NCBI RefSeq assembly: GCF_020745735.1
Contig: NC_083411.1
Span: 13,351,263 to 13,415,262 of the forward strand
Reading direction: 5' to 3'
Source: Hemiscyllium ocellatum
Lineage: Eukaryota
DNA length: 64,000 bases
Shown in pieces: positions 50,353 through 62,929 of the stretch. Position 1 is the first letter of the stretch. Each line of letters opens with the position of its first letter. Both the position numbers and the translations under genes were made by a program. Under the pieces are notes generated by a model. That model saw only the letters and a list, made by a program, of their open reading frames with translations. It ran no database searches and was not told the origin of the DNA.

Positions 50353-51696
50353 CACTGTTGTTGAAACATCTTTCCTCACTCGCTCTCACCTACCCTGATC
50401 CACCTGACACTGCTATCCCTGCACATGCCCTCCGTTCTGCCAAGTCTTTCTCTCAGGATTCCTCCCCAAATGCACCACTACTGCCACTCAATTTTACCTC
50501 ACGTCATACCAACTGTCTCTCATTCCAGGAGGTAAAAAGCCCACAGCGCTGTCAAAAGTGTCCAGATGAGTGGTGGCCTGTCTTTTTCCCTCATGAGGAG
50601 GCTATCCTGATTCAGCTCTCCCTGAGTGGCTGACTGATTGTGTCCAAGCCTTTGACCTAGTATCAGAGGCTTCCCATGCCTTACTGTGCTGGGACACCGT
50701 GAGCAAATGTTATCACCTTTGACTTGACTGAGGATTGCTGACAACCATGACAAGCTTATTTAATCTATGTCAAACAGCAAGGCAAAGCAGCGGGACTGTA
50801 GGTGTAAATAGACTAGGCAACGCAGAGATGCTGTGAGCATTCAGGTAGACTCTAAGAGGTCAAACAGGAAACCTGGAAATGCTGTCCACGAGCTGATTAT
50901 GTGACCTGAAATGTAAACTGTCCTCGCTGTAACGTTACAATCATAGTTGTCTCATCACCTGTGCTTCAGCACTGGGGGGAATGCAGAGACATACTGTGAG
51001 ATGTACCATGAAGGTAGTTAGAAGCTGGCCCTTGATAGATACCAACGTTCATGGACACGGGATACATGCGACTGGGTACTCATGGAGTGTGCTCGGTGTC
51101 CAACATGGAAAAAGAGTCAAGCTAATGTGGCAAGATGCCCACTTTGATTTCCATGTTGAGAGTTTTTGGTGTCTACTGTGGGTGGCAGGATAGGAAACAG
51201 CATATTAATGAAGCAAGATGTGCAGTTAATAAGATTCTTAATAAGGTGTAATCTCCCTTTAGTAAACAACTTGCTGCTGCCCAGAATCTTGCCTCCACAA
51301 CCTCGAACTTCATTTAAAGATGCTACAAGCTGTTCCTATTTAGCCTATCCATGTTCCTTATAATATTTGGAAATCACGAATGGTAAATTGATTATTCTTT
51401 TTAGAATCTTCCTGATAGTATTACAGTCCAAAACCTTTTCCTTTTCCGAGTGGAAAATGTCTAATTTCAGAACATTTTTAAACAGGACTTTACTTTGAAC
51501 ATGTAAAATTGTGAAATTACAGATAATGAGACATTAAAAGCAACACAGTCCTGCTGAATGCGATTGAGAAACTGTCTTCTCAGTTGGTAAAGGTGGCATT
51601 CATACATCAGGTTTACTGCAGATATGATGTGGGTTTCAGAACTTTTGCCCTTAAATGTCAGGTTAAACAACATTGACTTTCTCCAATAGTAACTAT

Positions 51697-52068
51697 TATA
51701 GAGTCATAGAGATGTTCAGCAAGGAAACAGACCCTTCGGTCTAACCTGTCCATGCCAACCAGATGTCCCAACCCAATCTAGTCCCACCTGCCAGTACAAG
51801 GCCCATATCCCGCCAAACTCTTCCTATTCATATACCCATCCAAATGCCTCTTAAATGTTGTAATTGTACCAGCCTCCACCACATTCTCTGGCAGCTCATT
51901 CCATATGCATACCACCCCTCAGCGTGAAAAGTTGCCCTTAGGTCGCTCTTATATCTTTCACCCCTCACCCTAAGTCTAAGCTGTTTAGTTCTGGACTCCT
52001 CAACCCCAGGGAAAAGACTTTGACTATTTATCCTATCCATGCCCCTTATAATTTTGTAAACCTCTCTA
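51697..52068 (-). mobile_element. CR1 3' end
   Basis: Tail GAGTCATAGAG and C-terminal ORF remnant 51828..52040. Confidence 0.8.
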
Positions 52069-53340
52069 AGGATGAGGTTTCTAAATTTTTAGAAGAGCAG
52101 AGTCTGATTAGAACAAGTCAACATGGATTTAGTAAGGGGAGGTCGTGCCTGACAAACTTGTTGGAATTCTTTGAAGAGGTGACAAGTAGGTTAGACCAGG
52201 GAAACCCAGTGGATGTGGTCTATCTAGACTTCCAAAAGGCCTTTGATAAGGTGCCACACGGGAGGTTGCTGAGCAAGGTGAGGGCCCATGGTTTTCGAGG
52301 TGAGCTACTGGTATGGATTGAAAATTGGCTGTCTGACAGAAGGCAGAGAGTTGGGATAAAAGGTTCTTGTTCGGAACGGCAGCTGGTGACCAGCAGTGTC
52401 CAGCAGGGTTCAGTGTTGGGGCCACAGCTGTTCACATTATGTATTAATGATCTGGATGATGGGACTGGGGGCATTTGCCAATGATACGAAGTTAGGTGGA
52501 CAGGCAGGTAGTACTGAGGAAGTGGGGAGGCTGCAGAAGGATCTAGACAGTTTGGGAGAGTGGTCCAGGAAATGGCTGATGGAATTCAACGTGAGCAAAT
52601 GCGAGGTCTTGCACTTTGGAAAAAAGAATAAAGGCATAGACTACTTTCTAAACGGTGAGAAAATTCGTAAAGCCAAAGTACAAAGGGATCTGGGAGTGCT
52701 AGTCGAGGATTCTCTAAAGGTAAACATGCAGGTTGAGTCCTTGATTATGAAAGCGAATGCAATGTTGTCACTTATCTCAAGAGGGTTGGAATATAAAAGC
52801 ACCGTTGTGCTACTGAGACTTTATAAAGCTCTGGTTAGGCCCCATTTGGAGTACTGTGTCCAGTTATGGTCCCCACACCTCAGGAAGGACATAGTGGCAT
52901 TGGAACATGTCCAGTGGAGATTCACACAGATGATCCCTGGAATGGTTGGTCTAACATACGAGGAACGGCTGAGGATCCTGGGATTGTATTCATTGGAGTT
53001 TAGAAGATTAAGGGAAGACTTAATAGAAACTCACAAGATAATACATGGCTTGGAAAGGGTGGACGCTAGGAAATTTTTTCCGTTAGGCGAGGAGACTAGG
53101 ACCCATGGACACAGCCTTAGAATTAGAGGGGCTCAATTCAGAGCAGAAATGCGGAGACATTTCTTCAGCCAGGGAGTGGTGGGTCTGTGGAATTCATTGC
53201 CGCAGAGTGCAGTGGAGGCCGGGACGCTAAATGTGTTCAAGGCAGAGATTAATATATTCTTGTTGTCTCGAGGAATTAAAGGCTATGGGGAGAATGCTGG
53301 TAAGTGGAGTTGAAATGCCCATCAGCCATGATTGAACAGC
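52069..53340 (+). mobile_element. CR1 RT to 3' fragment
   Basis: QHGFSKGRSCLTNLLEFFE, YLDFQKAFDKVPH, FANDTK and RPHLEYCVQLWSP; one frameshift near 52470. Confidence 0.92.
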
Positions 53341-54047
53341 ACCTCACATTTATCTGAATTAAACTCCATCTGTCACTTCTCAGCTCATTGGCCCATCTGG
53401 TCCAGAACCTGTTGTAATCTGAGGTAACCCCCTTTGCTGTCCACTACACCTCCAATTTTGGTGTCATCTGCAAACTTACTAACTGTACCTCTTATGCTCA
53501 CATCCAAATAATTTATGTAAATGACAAAAGGTAGAGGGCCCAGCACCGATCCTTGTGACACTCCACTTGTCACAAGCCTCCAATCTGAAAAACAACAATC
53601 CACCACCACCCCTCTGATTTCTACCTTTGAGCCAGTTCTGTATCCAAATGACTAGTTCTCCCTGTATTCCATGAGATCTAACCTTGCTAATCAGTCTCCA
53701 ATGGGGAACCTTGTCGAACGCCTTACTGAAGTCCATATAGATCACATCTACTGCTCTGTCTTCATCAATCTTCTTTGTTAACTTCATCTAAAAACTCAAT
53801 CAAATTTGTGAGACATGATTTCCCATGCACAAAGCCATGTTGACTATCCCTAATCAGTCCTTGCCTTTCTAAATACATGTACATCCTGTCCCTCAGGATT
53901 CCCTCCAACAACTTGTCCACCACCGAGGTCAGGCTCACTGATCTATAGTTCCCTGGCTTGTCTTTACTGCCCTTCTTAAACAGTGGCACCACGTTTGCCA
54001 ACCTTCAGTCTTCTGGCACCTCACCTGTGACTATCGATGATACAAAT
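53341..54047 (-). mobile_element. CR1 RT fragment
   Basis: ANVVPLFKKG, YMDFSKAFDKVPH and SKFADDTK. Confidence 0.9.
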
Positions 54048-54048
54048 A

Positions 54049-54988
54049 TAGAACATAGAACATAGAACATAGAAGGATACAGCGCAGTACAGGCCCTTCG
54101 GCCCTCGATGTTGCGCCGACCGAGTCCTACCTAACCTATACTAGCCCAATAACTTCCAAATGCCTATCCAATGCCCGCTTAAATGAACATAAAGAAGGAG
54201 AGTTCACCACTGATACGGGCAGGGCATTCCATGAACTCACAACCCGCTGTGTGAAGAATCTACCCCTAACATCTGTCCTATACCTACCACCCCTTAATTT
54301 AAAGCTATGTCCCCTAGTAACACCTGACTCCATTAGCGGTAAAAGGTTCTTAGTATCTACCCTATCTAAACCCCTAATCATCTTATACACTTCTATCAGA
54401 TCTCCCCTAAACCTTCTCTTCTCCAATGAGAACAGCCCCAAGTGCCTCAGCCTTTCCTCATACGATCTTCCTACCATTCCAGGCAACATCCTGGTAAACC
54501 TCCTCTGCACTCGTTCTAAAGCTTCCACATCCTTCCTATAGTATGGCGACCAAAACTGCACACAATACTCCAGATGAGGCCTCACCAGAGTCTTATACAA
54601 CTGCAACATGACCTCAGGACTCCGGAACTCAATTCCTCTGCCAATAAAGCCCAGTACACCATATGCCTTCCTCACAGCACTATTTACCTGGGTGGCAACT
54701 TTCAGAGATCTGTGTACATAGACACCAAGATCCCTCTGCTCATCCACACTACCAAGTAGCCTACCATTAGCCCAGTAATCCATCATCTTGTTATTCCTAC
54801 CAAAGTGAACGACTTCGCACTTAGCTACATTGAATTCCATTTGCCACATTTCCGCCCAGCTCTGCAACTTATCTATATCCCGCTGTAACCTACCACTTCC
54901 TTCCTCACTATCCACAACTCCACCGACTTTCGTGTCATCCGCAAACTTGCTTACCCAGCTTTCAAGTCCTTCCTCTAGATCATTTATA
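54049..54988 (-). mobile_element. Young 5'-truncated CR1 with uninterrupted C-terminal ORF
   Basis: 259-aa open frame 54136..54915; tail of tandem AGAACAT units; CpGs retained. Confidence 0.92.
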
Positions 54989-55362
54989 ACTCAGCAAGAT
55001 TCAGTGGATTACTTTGGGATTACCTTGTAGAAAATAAAAGGACACTGGAACATAATCAGTTTTAAATAATTTCATGTTCACAGTGAATGTGTAGGTGTCG
55101 ATACTTTAAGAAATGCTTTCCAAATGTCTTGTGTCAAACAAAGACAAACTCAAATTTTTACAGTCCTGAAAGAGAGGGAATCCAATCTTTTGCTGACCTT
55201 CAGATATCCTTGATATGTTGTTGAGATGTGAAAGGTAGCAATCAAATGATATTGAATATTAATATAGTGCCTTCAGCATATTGAAATAGACCAAGTTTTT
55301 TTCACAGAAGCATTTAAAGTGCAACATTAGTGCAGACTTAATGGGCTGAAGGGACCTTTTAG

Positions 55363-55675
55363 TAGATTCCCAACAGTATGGAAATAGGCCCTTCAGCCCA
55401 ACAAGTCCATCCTGCCCCTCCAAAGAGAAACCCACCCAAACCCATTCCCCTACCCTATATTTACCCCTGACTAATGCGCTTAACACTGTGGGCAATTTAG
55501 CATGGCCAATTCACCTAACCTGCACAGCTTTGGATTGTGGGAGGAAACCAGAGCACTCGGAGGAAACCCACGCAGACACAGGGAGAATGTGCAAACTACA
55601 CACAGACAGGAATCAAACCCAGGACCCTGGTGCTGTGAGGCAGCAGTGCTAACCAGTGAGCCACTGTGCTGCCCC
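55363..55675 (-). mobile_element. HE1-like V-SINE
   Basis: Head, V-domain and tail. Confidence 0.9.
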
Positions 55676-55945
55676 ATGCTGTAGACCTCTCTGACTATGA
55701 CAGCACTGAGGCATGTACGAAAATATTGGATGAAATTTGATGTTCCCCTCCCCATGAAGCCAATTTGGTGGCAGGGATGTGTTTAATCGGATAAGACTGA
55801 ATCAAGTCTGACAGTTCTGGAAGTGAGACATACCGGAATGTCAGTGCTAACTCTGCTTCTCTCTCCACAATGCTGCCAGACCTGTTGAGTTTTCCCAGCA
55901 TTCTCGATGTTGGTTTCAGATTTCCAGAATTTCGTAATTTGTTTT

Positions 55946-56132
55946 AAGTTAAAAATCACACAACACCAGGTTATAGTCCAGCAGGTTTATTTGGAAGCGC
56001 TAGCTTTTGGAGCGCTGCTCCTTCATCAGGTGGTTGTCAACTACCCAATGAAGGAGTAGCGCTCTGAAAGCTCATGCTTCCAAATAACTCTGTTGGATTA
56101 TAACCTGGTGTTGTGTGATTTTTTTTTAACTT
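55946..56132. mobile_element. Palindromic PLE-derived mini-element
   Basis: About 90-bp inverted arms centred on ggttg-t-caact, each with a mutated hammerhead. Confidence 0.85.
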
Positions 56133-58082
56133 TGCACAGCCCAGTCCAACCTCCAAATCATGGCTTTTGTTTGATCAAGCCAAATGTTTGGTAATGGCAA
56201 TGGTTACATTGTTACCATTAGGTGAGCTTTTAGTTTCAGATTTATGCTGAATTCAAATTTCATCATCTGCCATGGTGTGATTTGTACCCATGTTCCCCAG
56301 AATGATAGCCTGCAGTTCTGGGTTACTACTTCAGTTACATTACCATCATCCACCACCTCCCCTTCTGGTCATTAACGTCAGCAATTAAACATTATAATCG
56401 TGAGGGCTCTTGGCTATGCTCAGGATACAACAGTTTACACAATAATCTTTCTCAAGATGACAGAGCTCTAAGCTGATGTATTTAACAGTGGAGCGTAAAA
56501 TTATTCCTTATTTAAAAGATACTCTGATGTCACTTTAATTTCGTGAGTGACTAGGTGTAGAAAACAAATGAAATTGCTGAAAGAAATCGGAACATGTGGC
56601 TGAGCTTTCTCAAGTACAGTCTGAAAAAGATAATGTGATGTTGCCTATTACAGTCGACAAATTGTGCAAATAAATCATTCCAATACTTTGGGCCGCTATT
56701 CATGCCAAAAGATAAAGCTTTTTTTTAAAATTTGGTATCATAAACATTTTTAAAAATAAAAATCCAGAACATTTTTAAGTTTCACTTGCGGAAAATGTCT
56801 TGGAAATTCCTTTTGGCTCACATTGAGCTATTGTCAGAAAGTTTTTTTCTGGTTGGAATAACTACGTAATCATTCACTGAAAAAACAACAAGAGAACTTT
56901 CCGAAGCTCATATCCAAGACATAAATCATTTATGATACGCGTCTCTGAAGGGGAAAGTGAGATGCTGCAAAACAGAGCTATTTGTCATTTTCAGCCCCAT
57001 TTTCTCCTTCTGCCAGTTGTCTCCTCGCCCCTACCCCTGAAAACACTGATTTCTTGTCAGTTGTATGGGTCCAATCACCTTCCAGCACCTGACTCAAGTG
57101 AATCTTCAGGTTCAGTCACAAGCATTATCCGAAGCATGCAGAAATTGAATTCTCATTGATACAGCCAGGAAGGCACGCTGGATAGCAGGAGCATTTTTGT
57201 TTACTTGCATGTTTTAACTAAGCTGTCCTAAACACAATGCATATAAGATCAATATTGACCTAACTAACATGTGAGACAATGGGATTTTAAAACATGTAAG
57301 CATCACTGTCTATTGTTGATTGGCATTGAGAAGGTGCTGGGAGTCACCTTCTTAAACAATTGCAATCCTACATCATGGAGGCACACCCACTGTGCTTTTG
57401 GGGAGATGGTGCTGGCATTTAATCCAGTGAAGATGAAGGAATGGCAAATTAGACCCACGTCAGGATGATCCGTAGCTTGTCAGAGAGTTTGTAGGTGATG
57501 GTGTTCCCAAGGATCTTTTGCCCTTGTCCTTTTAGCTGGTAGAGGTCAGATTTGTAAGGTGCTACTGAATGAGTCTTGATAGGTGACCATAGTGCACCTT
57601 GTCAATGATTTACTCTGCTACCATTGTGAAAGAAATAATTGTTCAATGTAATGGATGGGGTGCCAGTCAAGGGGGCTGCTTTGTCTTGGATGATGTCAAG
57701 CTTCTAGAGTGTTGTTGGAGCTGCACCCGTCCTGGCAAGTGGGGAGTATTCCATCACACACCTGACTTGTGCCTTGTAGATGGTGGGCAGGCTTTGGGGA
57801 GTCAGGAGGTGAGTTATTCATAGTAGGATTTCTTTCTCTCACTTTGTTGGTGTAACTGCTATAATTTTAACTGGGTCAGCCATTGAAACAATGGTGGAAT
57901 TTATCAGCTTTGTATGGGTGGCACCTTACCAGTCACAGCTTGGGTTAGAGGCAGGCTTAGAGCATGAATTAGGAAGTGGTACATGGGTTGTCATCTATGT
58001 GCCATCTCAAAATCTGACACATGCACCCTCAAACATTTTGTCAAATCCTCCCAAAAGAATGTACACACAGTATGCTTTTACC

Positions 58083-59242
58083 CATGATTTGGAGATGCCG
58101 GTGTTGGACTGGGGTGTACAAAGTTAAAAATCACACAACACCAGGTTATAGTCCACCAGGTTTAATTGGAAGCACACTAGCTTTCGGAGCTACGCTCCTT
58201 CGTCAGGTGACTGTGGAGGGCTCGATCGTAACACAGAATTTATAGCAAAAATTTGCAGTGTGATGTAACTGAAATTATACATTGAAAAATTAATTGTCTG
58301 TTAAACCTTTCATCTGTTAGAATACAGTGATAGTCTCACTTCTTTCATGTGTAAATCACAAAACCCTTCTTTTTAAAGTTTCATTCTCACGTTAGCTGCT
58401 AACAATGGTGATAGCTCAACAATATGTTGAAGGCGTTAGCCCTCTGTGTTCTCTGTCTATTACCTGATGTTTAGATTGATTCTAATCTAACAGTGTTTTA
58501 CATAAATTCCTGCAGTTTTTGAGCTCAGAGTTCTACATGAATGTATGCAGTTTTTCAGCAACGTGCAATGTAATTGTGCAATACAAATTCAACACACAAA
58601 ATATATATATGTGCATGTGGGTCTTTGTCTGTGTGTGTGTGTGTCTGTCTGTCTGGGGTGGGGGTTGTGAGTGTGAGAAAGTGTGTGTGTGTGTGTGTGT
58701 CTGTCTGTCTGTCTGCAGTGGGTGCAGAGTGTCTTAAGTCTGCGAGGGGGTGCATGTGTGAGTGTGTGTGTCTATAAGGATGTGTGTGGGTGTCTGTGTG
58801 CGCGCCTGTGTGTACCTGTGTCCGTGTGTATGTGAGAGTGTGTGTGTGTAGGTCAATGATGATCACCTGTAATGTGACATGAACCCAAGGTCCCAGTTAA
58901 GGCCCTCCCTATGGGTACTGAACTTAGCTATCACCCTCTGCTCGACCACTTTCCTCTGCTGCCTGTCCCGAAGTTCACCTTGGAGGATGGTCACCCGAGG
59001 TCCGAGGCTGAATGTCCTGGACCACTGAAGTGTTCCCCAACTGGGAGGGAACCCTCCTGTCTGTTGATTGTTGTGCGGTGCCCATTCATCCATTGCCGTA
59101 GCCTTTGCTCGGTTTTTCCAATGTACCATGCCTCCGGGCATCCTTGCCTGCAACGTATAAGATAGATAACGTTGGCTGAGTCACATACATACCCACTACA
59201 CAGACACACACACACACACACTTTCTCACACTCACAATTCCC
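58083..59242 (-). mobile_element. 5'-truncated Penelope-like element: GIY-YIG, CA-rich 3' UTR, hammerhead repeat and inverted 5' segment
   Basis: CDSANVIYLIRCRQGCPEAWYIGKTEQRLRQWMNGH...LPVGEHF...REGLN; 59192-59242 is an inverted copy of about 58661-58722. Confidence 0.88.
58175..58209 (-). ncRNA. Minimal type-I hammerhead ribozyme, intact, in the 3' repeat of a Penelope-like element
   Basis: Minus strand reads CAC-CTGACGA-A-GGAGC-gta-GCTCC-GAA-AGCT-A-GTG, on the same strand as and downstream of the GIY-YIG ORF at 58863-59190. Confidence 0.8.
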
Positions 59243-59879
59243 ATGCAGCATTCCCTATACCTACTAGCCTTTCCTTTCATCCTAACAAGGAATATACTGT
59301 CTCAGGACTCTTGTCACCTAATTTTTGAAGGGCCCTCATTTTTCAACTGTGCCTTTACCTGCGAGCAGCTGCCTCCAAATATCTTTTGAACATTTTTTCT
59401 AGCTTTGCATCTGAGCTTCGAAATAGTGGAGGCAGATATTTACATTGAACATATTCATTCACCTTTCAAGGTGTCTCTGTCTTCAGTGACAACTGCAGTC
59501 CCCCCTTCTGGCCATCTGCATGGTCCCCTGTGGTTTGATCAGGATCTAGTAGTCTCCATTTAAAGTGGATAATGAAATGATATCCATGATCCCAACATGG
59601 AAATCTATCCTGCACTCTTAATTGGACAGTAGACATAAAGGTGGCTTTTGAATTAGTGACCTCCTATTAGACTCTTTTTGCGAATGCACCATTCAACCCC
59701 TGAGGGATCTGAGGTCTAGAGATGGTTCCAATGCCCAAAATACATTTAGGAATAGATTTTTTTCTTTGCATCAGGTACTCACTTCCTTTAACTTCAGAGT
59801 TATCAACCTGGAACACTAACACTTGCAGTGCTGGTGCAATGGGGAGTGCAGAGGCGCAGGCCAGGAGCAGCACTAGCAA

Positions 59880-61351
59880 AGATAAGGGGTTGACCTGGTG
59901 AAGCCATGAAACAGGGCTCCCTGCATACCAAATAGCACAAGCAGCAAGTGATAGGCAGAGCTAAGTGATCGCACAGTCAATGGATCAGACCTAAGCTCTG
60001 CAATCCTGCCTAGTTCAGTTGTGAATGGTGGTGGACAATTAATGAACTCACTCGAGGAGGAGGAGGCTCCAGAAATGTCCCCATCCTCATTGATGGAAGA
60101 GACCAACGCATCAGTACAAAACATAAACCTGAAGCATTCGCAGCAACCTTCAGCCTGAAGTGCCCAGTGGACGATACATCTCGGTCTCCTCCAGTGGCCA
60201 TCACAGATGCCAGTCTTTAGTCAATTGGGAGTCACAGCCTTTGACTTCAAGGGTTCATTTGATTGAGTGGGGCATAAAGGAGCCTTAGCAAAACTGGAAT
60301 CAATGGATATCAGTAATAAACTCTTCACTGGTTGAAATCATACCTGACATAGAGGAAAATGGTTGTGGTTTTTGGAGATCAGTCACCTCAGCTCTAGAAC
60401 ATGTCTGTAGAAGTTCCTCAAGGTTATGTCCTACGCCCAACTATCTTCAGCTGCTTCATTGATCACCTTCCCTCTGTCATAATGTCAAAGGTTGGGATGT
60501 AGGCCAATGATTGCACAATGTTTAACACCAGTCAGAACTCCTGAGATGCTAAAGCAGTCCATGTTCCATTGCAGTAAGATCTGGACAATATCCAGACTTG
60601 TGCTGACAGGTGGCAAGGAACATTCACACCATGTAAATGCTGGACAATGACCATCTGCAATAAGGGACAATCTCTTACTGCCCTTTGCCATTCAATTATG
60701 TTATCATCAACGTATTCCCTTCTATTAACATCCTGGGGGTAACCATTGCCCAGAAACTTAACTGGACTCACTATGCAAAAATAATGGCTACAAGAATAAG
60801 TCAGAGGCTAGGACTGTAGTGAGTAACCCTCTTCCTGACTCCCTAAAGCCTGTCCACCTTCTACCAGACACAAGTCAGGAGTGTGTTAGAATACTCCCCA
60901 CTTCCTGGATGAGTGCAGCTGCAACAACACTAAAGGAGCTTGACAAAGCAGTCTGCTTGATTGGCACCACATTCACAAACATTCACTCCTCCCAGCACTG
61001 ACACTCAGCAGCAATAGTATATACAATCAACAAAATACACTGCAAAAGCTCACCAAAGATCCTTAGCCAGCATCTTCCAAACCTCACAACTTCTTACATT
61101 TAAAAGGCTAAAGCGTCTATGGCTATATGGGAGCACCACCTGCAAGTTTCCTTCTCAGCCTCTCACCATCCTTACTTGGAAATATATTGCCATTTCTTTC
61201 GTATCACCGAGGGCATTTTCGGTCAACCTATAACACATGAGCTGCCACAGTTCAAGAAGGCAGCTCACCACCACCTTCTTGAGATTAGCTAGGAACGGGC
61301 ATTAAGTGTTGATCCGCCAGCAATGCCTACGATAATTGAGTGAAAAAAAAA
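59880..61351 (+). mobile_element. Decayed L2/CR1-superclade LINE (RT and 3' tail)
   Basis: Remnants DFKGSFD, PQGYVL-PTIFSCFI and ANDCTMF; tail AAGAAGGCAGCTCACCACCACCTTC...A-run. Confidence 0.7.
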
Positions 61352-62278
61352 GTTATTGCACTGATCTGAGAATAAATGGCAGTGTATTCAAATAGTCACT
61401 TAGTAGTACAGAACTTGCATATTGCTGCAAAACAGACATTATTAAAACTCTCATTGTGGAGTCAACAGGACGGATGCAAGATTACCACATTTCAAAGGGA
61501 ACAACAATTTATTCTGCATAAGAAATAAGCTGCTGATTGTTTGACATATGGACTGTGGTCAAGGCATTGCCATTGAAGAAAACACTGGGAAATAGTTACC
61601 CCAAAGATTTTGTTTAAGTTGAAAGTAATTGTTGACATATCATGGGGAATGTGAGAGGAAACAGTATCTCCCAATCTTTTGTTTATTTGCATCAATACAA
61701 TGCCTGGACAGTTCCTTTCTGCAGGGTACCAGGCCTTACTTTGAAAATATATCCACAGTAGCAATCATTGTTTTGACTGATTGCAGCAGACAATGTTGTG
61801 ATCATACTCAAATAACCAAGCCTGCAAACCTCAGGCCACCTTGTCCATCATGAGGTGTGATTATGCTATTAGGTTGCACTTATGGAAGATTCCGAGATGC
61901 TACACATTGCACATTTTAAAATTATTAGTTGGACTTGCAGGTACACAGCTCAAAGCTACATATATTAAGCACACAGGAGCCTGATTGAAACAAGCAGCTA
62001 GCATTATGGAGAATACAGCTTTGTTTATTCTGAGCCAGCAAAACAGAAGGATTGCAAAAAAGTATTTCTGTTTAAGTTTTGTTAATACAAAAAGTTGCCA
62101 AATTCAGGGTTCTGTTCTTGATTTGAAGCTTCTTTGAAATGTTGGGTATGGCTGAGTACCTCTGTTTACTTCCACATGGCATCCTGCCAAGAATCAATAC
62201 ATTTTCTTATTGTTTTTCTTTAATATTCTGAGGTGCCTGAAATGAAATTAAGAATAGAAAATGTTTCTCATGTTGCAG

Positions 62279-62465
62279 AAACTCAACGTATTGTATGAAG
62301 GTGACAATGTCCTTGACAGTGGCGGAAAATGACTCAGGACTTTGCTACAACAGTATGATTCGACATTTAGAGAAAGCTGAAATTACAAAAAGCAAAGAAA
62401 TCCACTGCCCAGATATTGAAGACTTCATCACAGAAAATCAAGATCTTGATATTGTTTGGTACAAG
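62279..62465 (+). CDS. IL1RAPL2: IL1RAPL2-like next coding exon (end of Ig1, start of Ig2; equivalent to exon 4)
   Basis: Acceptor gttgcAG ends at 62278; donor GTAATA starts at 62466. Split codon AG|A = Arg continues the previous exon in frame: [62 protein letters not shown]. This exon is absent from the supplied ORF track. Confidence 0.93.
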
Positions 62466-62651
62466 GTAATATAGATAATTCTTTTGTTTCATAAATCAGG
62501 CCAGTTGGTCCATTTCTCTTGCTAAGGTTATTAATTTTCTTAACATTTCATAATCTGCACAATCCGGGAAGTCTACCATAGAGTGCACACTTGTTTTTCA
62601 CAAATTTGCTTTTCTTGTCGTGATTTTGTTCTGATTCTGGGATGGACAGCA

Positions 62652-62822
62652 TTAAAAATCTCACAACACCAGGTTATACTCCAACAGGTTCATTTGGAAG
62701 TACTAGCTTTCAGAGTGCTGTTCCTTTGCCCCATTAACTACCTGATGAAGGAGCAGCGCTCCGAAAACTATTGCTTCCAAATAAACCTGTTGGACTATAA
62801 CCTGGTGTTGTGTGATTTTTAA
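62652..62822. mobile_element. Palindromic PLE-derived mini-element
   Basis: TTAAAAATC...GATTTTTAA arms; the right arm has CTGATGA-A-GGAGC-agc-GCTCC-GAAAaCTA at 62742-62770. Confidence 0.85.
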
Positions 62823-62929
62823 CTATGATTTTGTTCTTGCTTTACCATCACAGATTTCCATGTTGACAGTTCCCGTTCCAGTTTGTGTCTTTAACTGCTA
62901 TAAGTGACTCTGGGGAAGTACAGTTTTAC

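Larger units (their letters stand above)
16397..62278 (+). other. 45,882-nt phase-2 GT-AG intron of the IL1RAPL2-like gene
   Basis: The flanking exons splice in frame and are contiguous in the protein (TCVLR|NSTYC). Confidence 0.9.

Noticed and set aside
50400-51150. Possible Harbinger-like remnant
   Set aside because: No convincing translated motif could be read.
52396-54915. Longest ORFs (305 aa and 259 aa) as host or domesticated genes
   Set aside because: They are 5'-truncated CR1 ORF2 C-termini ending in typical CR1 tails.
58519-58866. Cys/Val- or His/Thr-rich ORFs
   Set aside because: These are translations of the (GT/CA)-rich UTR of the Penelope-like element.
59667-59879. ORF ending PQGLNG as another GIY-YIG C-terminus
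   Set aside because: Only a 4-5 residue resemblance, with no YIG motif or hammerhead repeat nearby.
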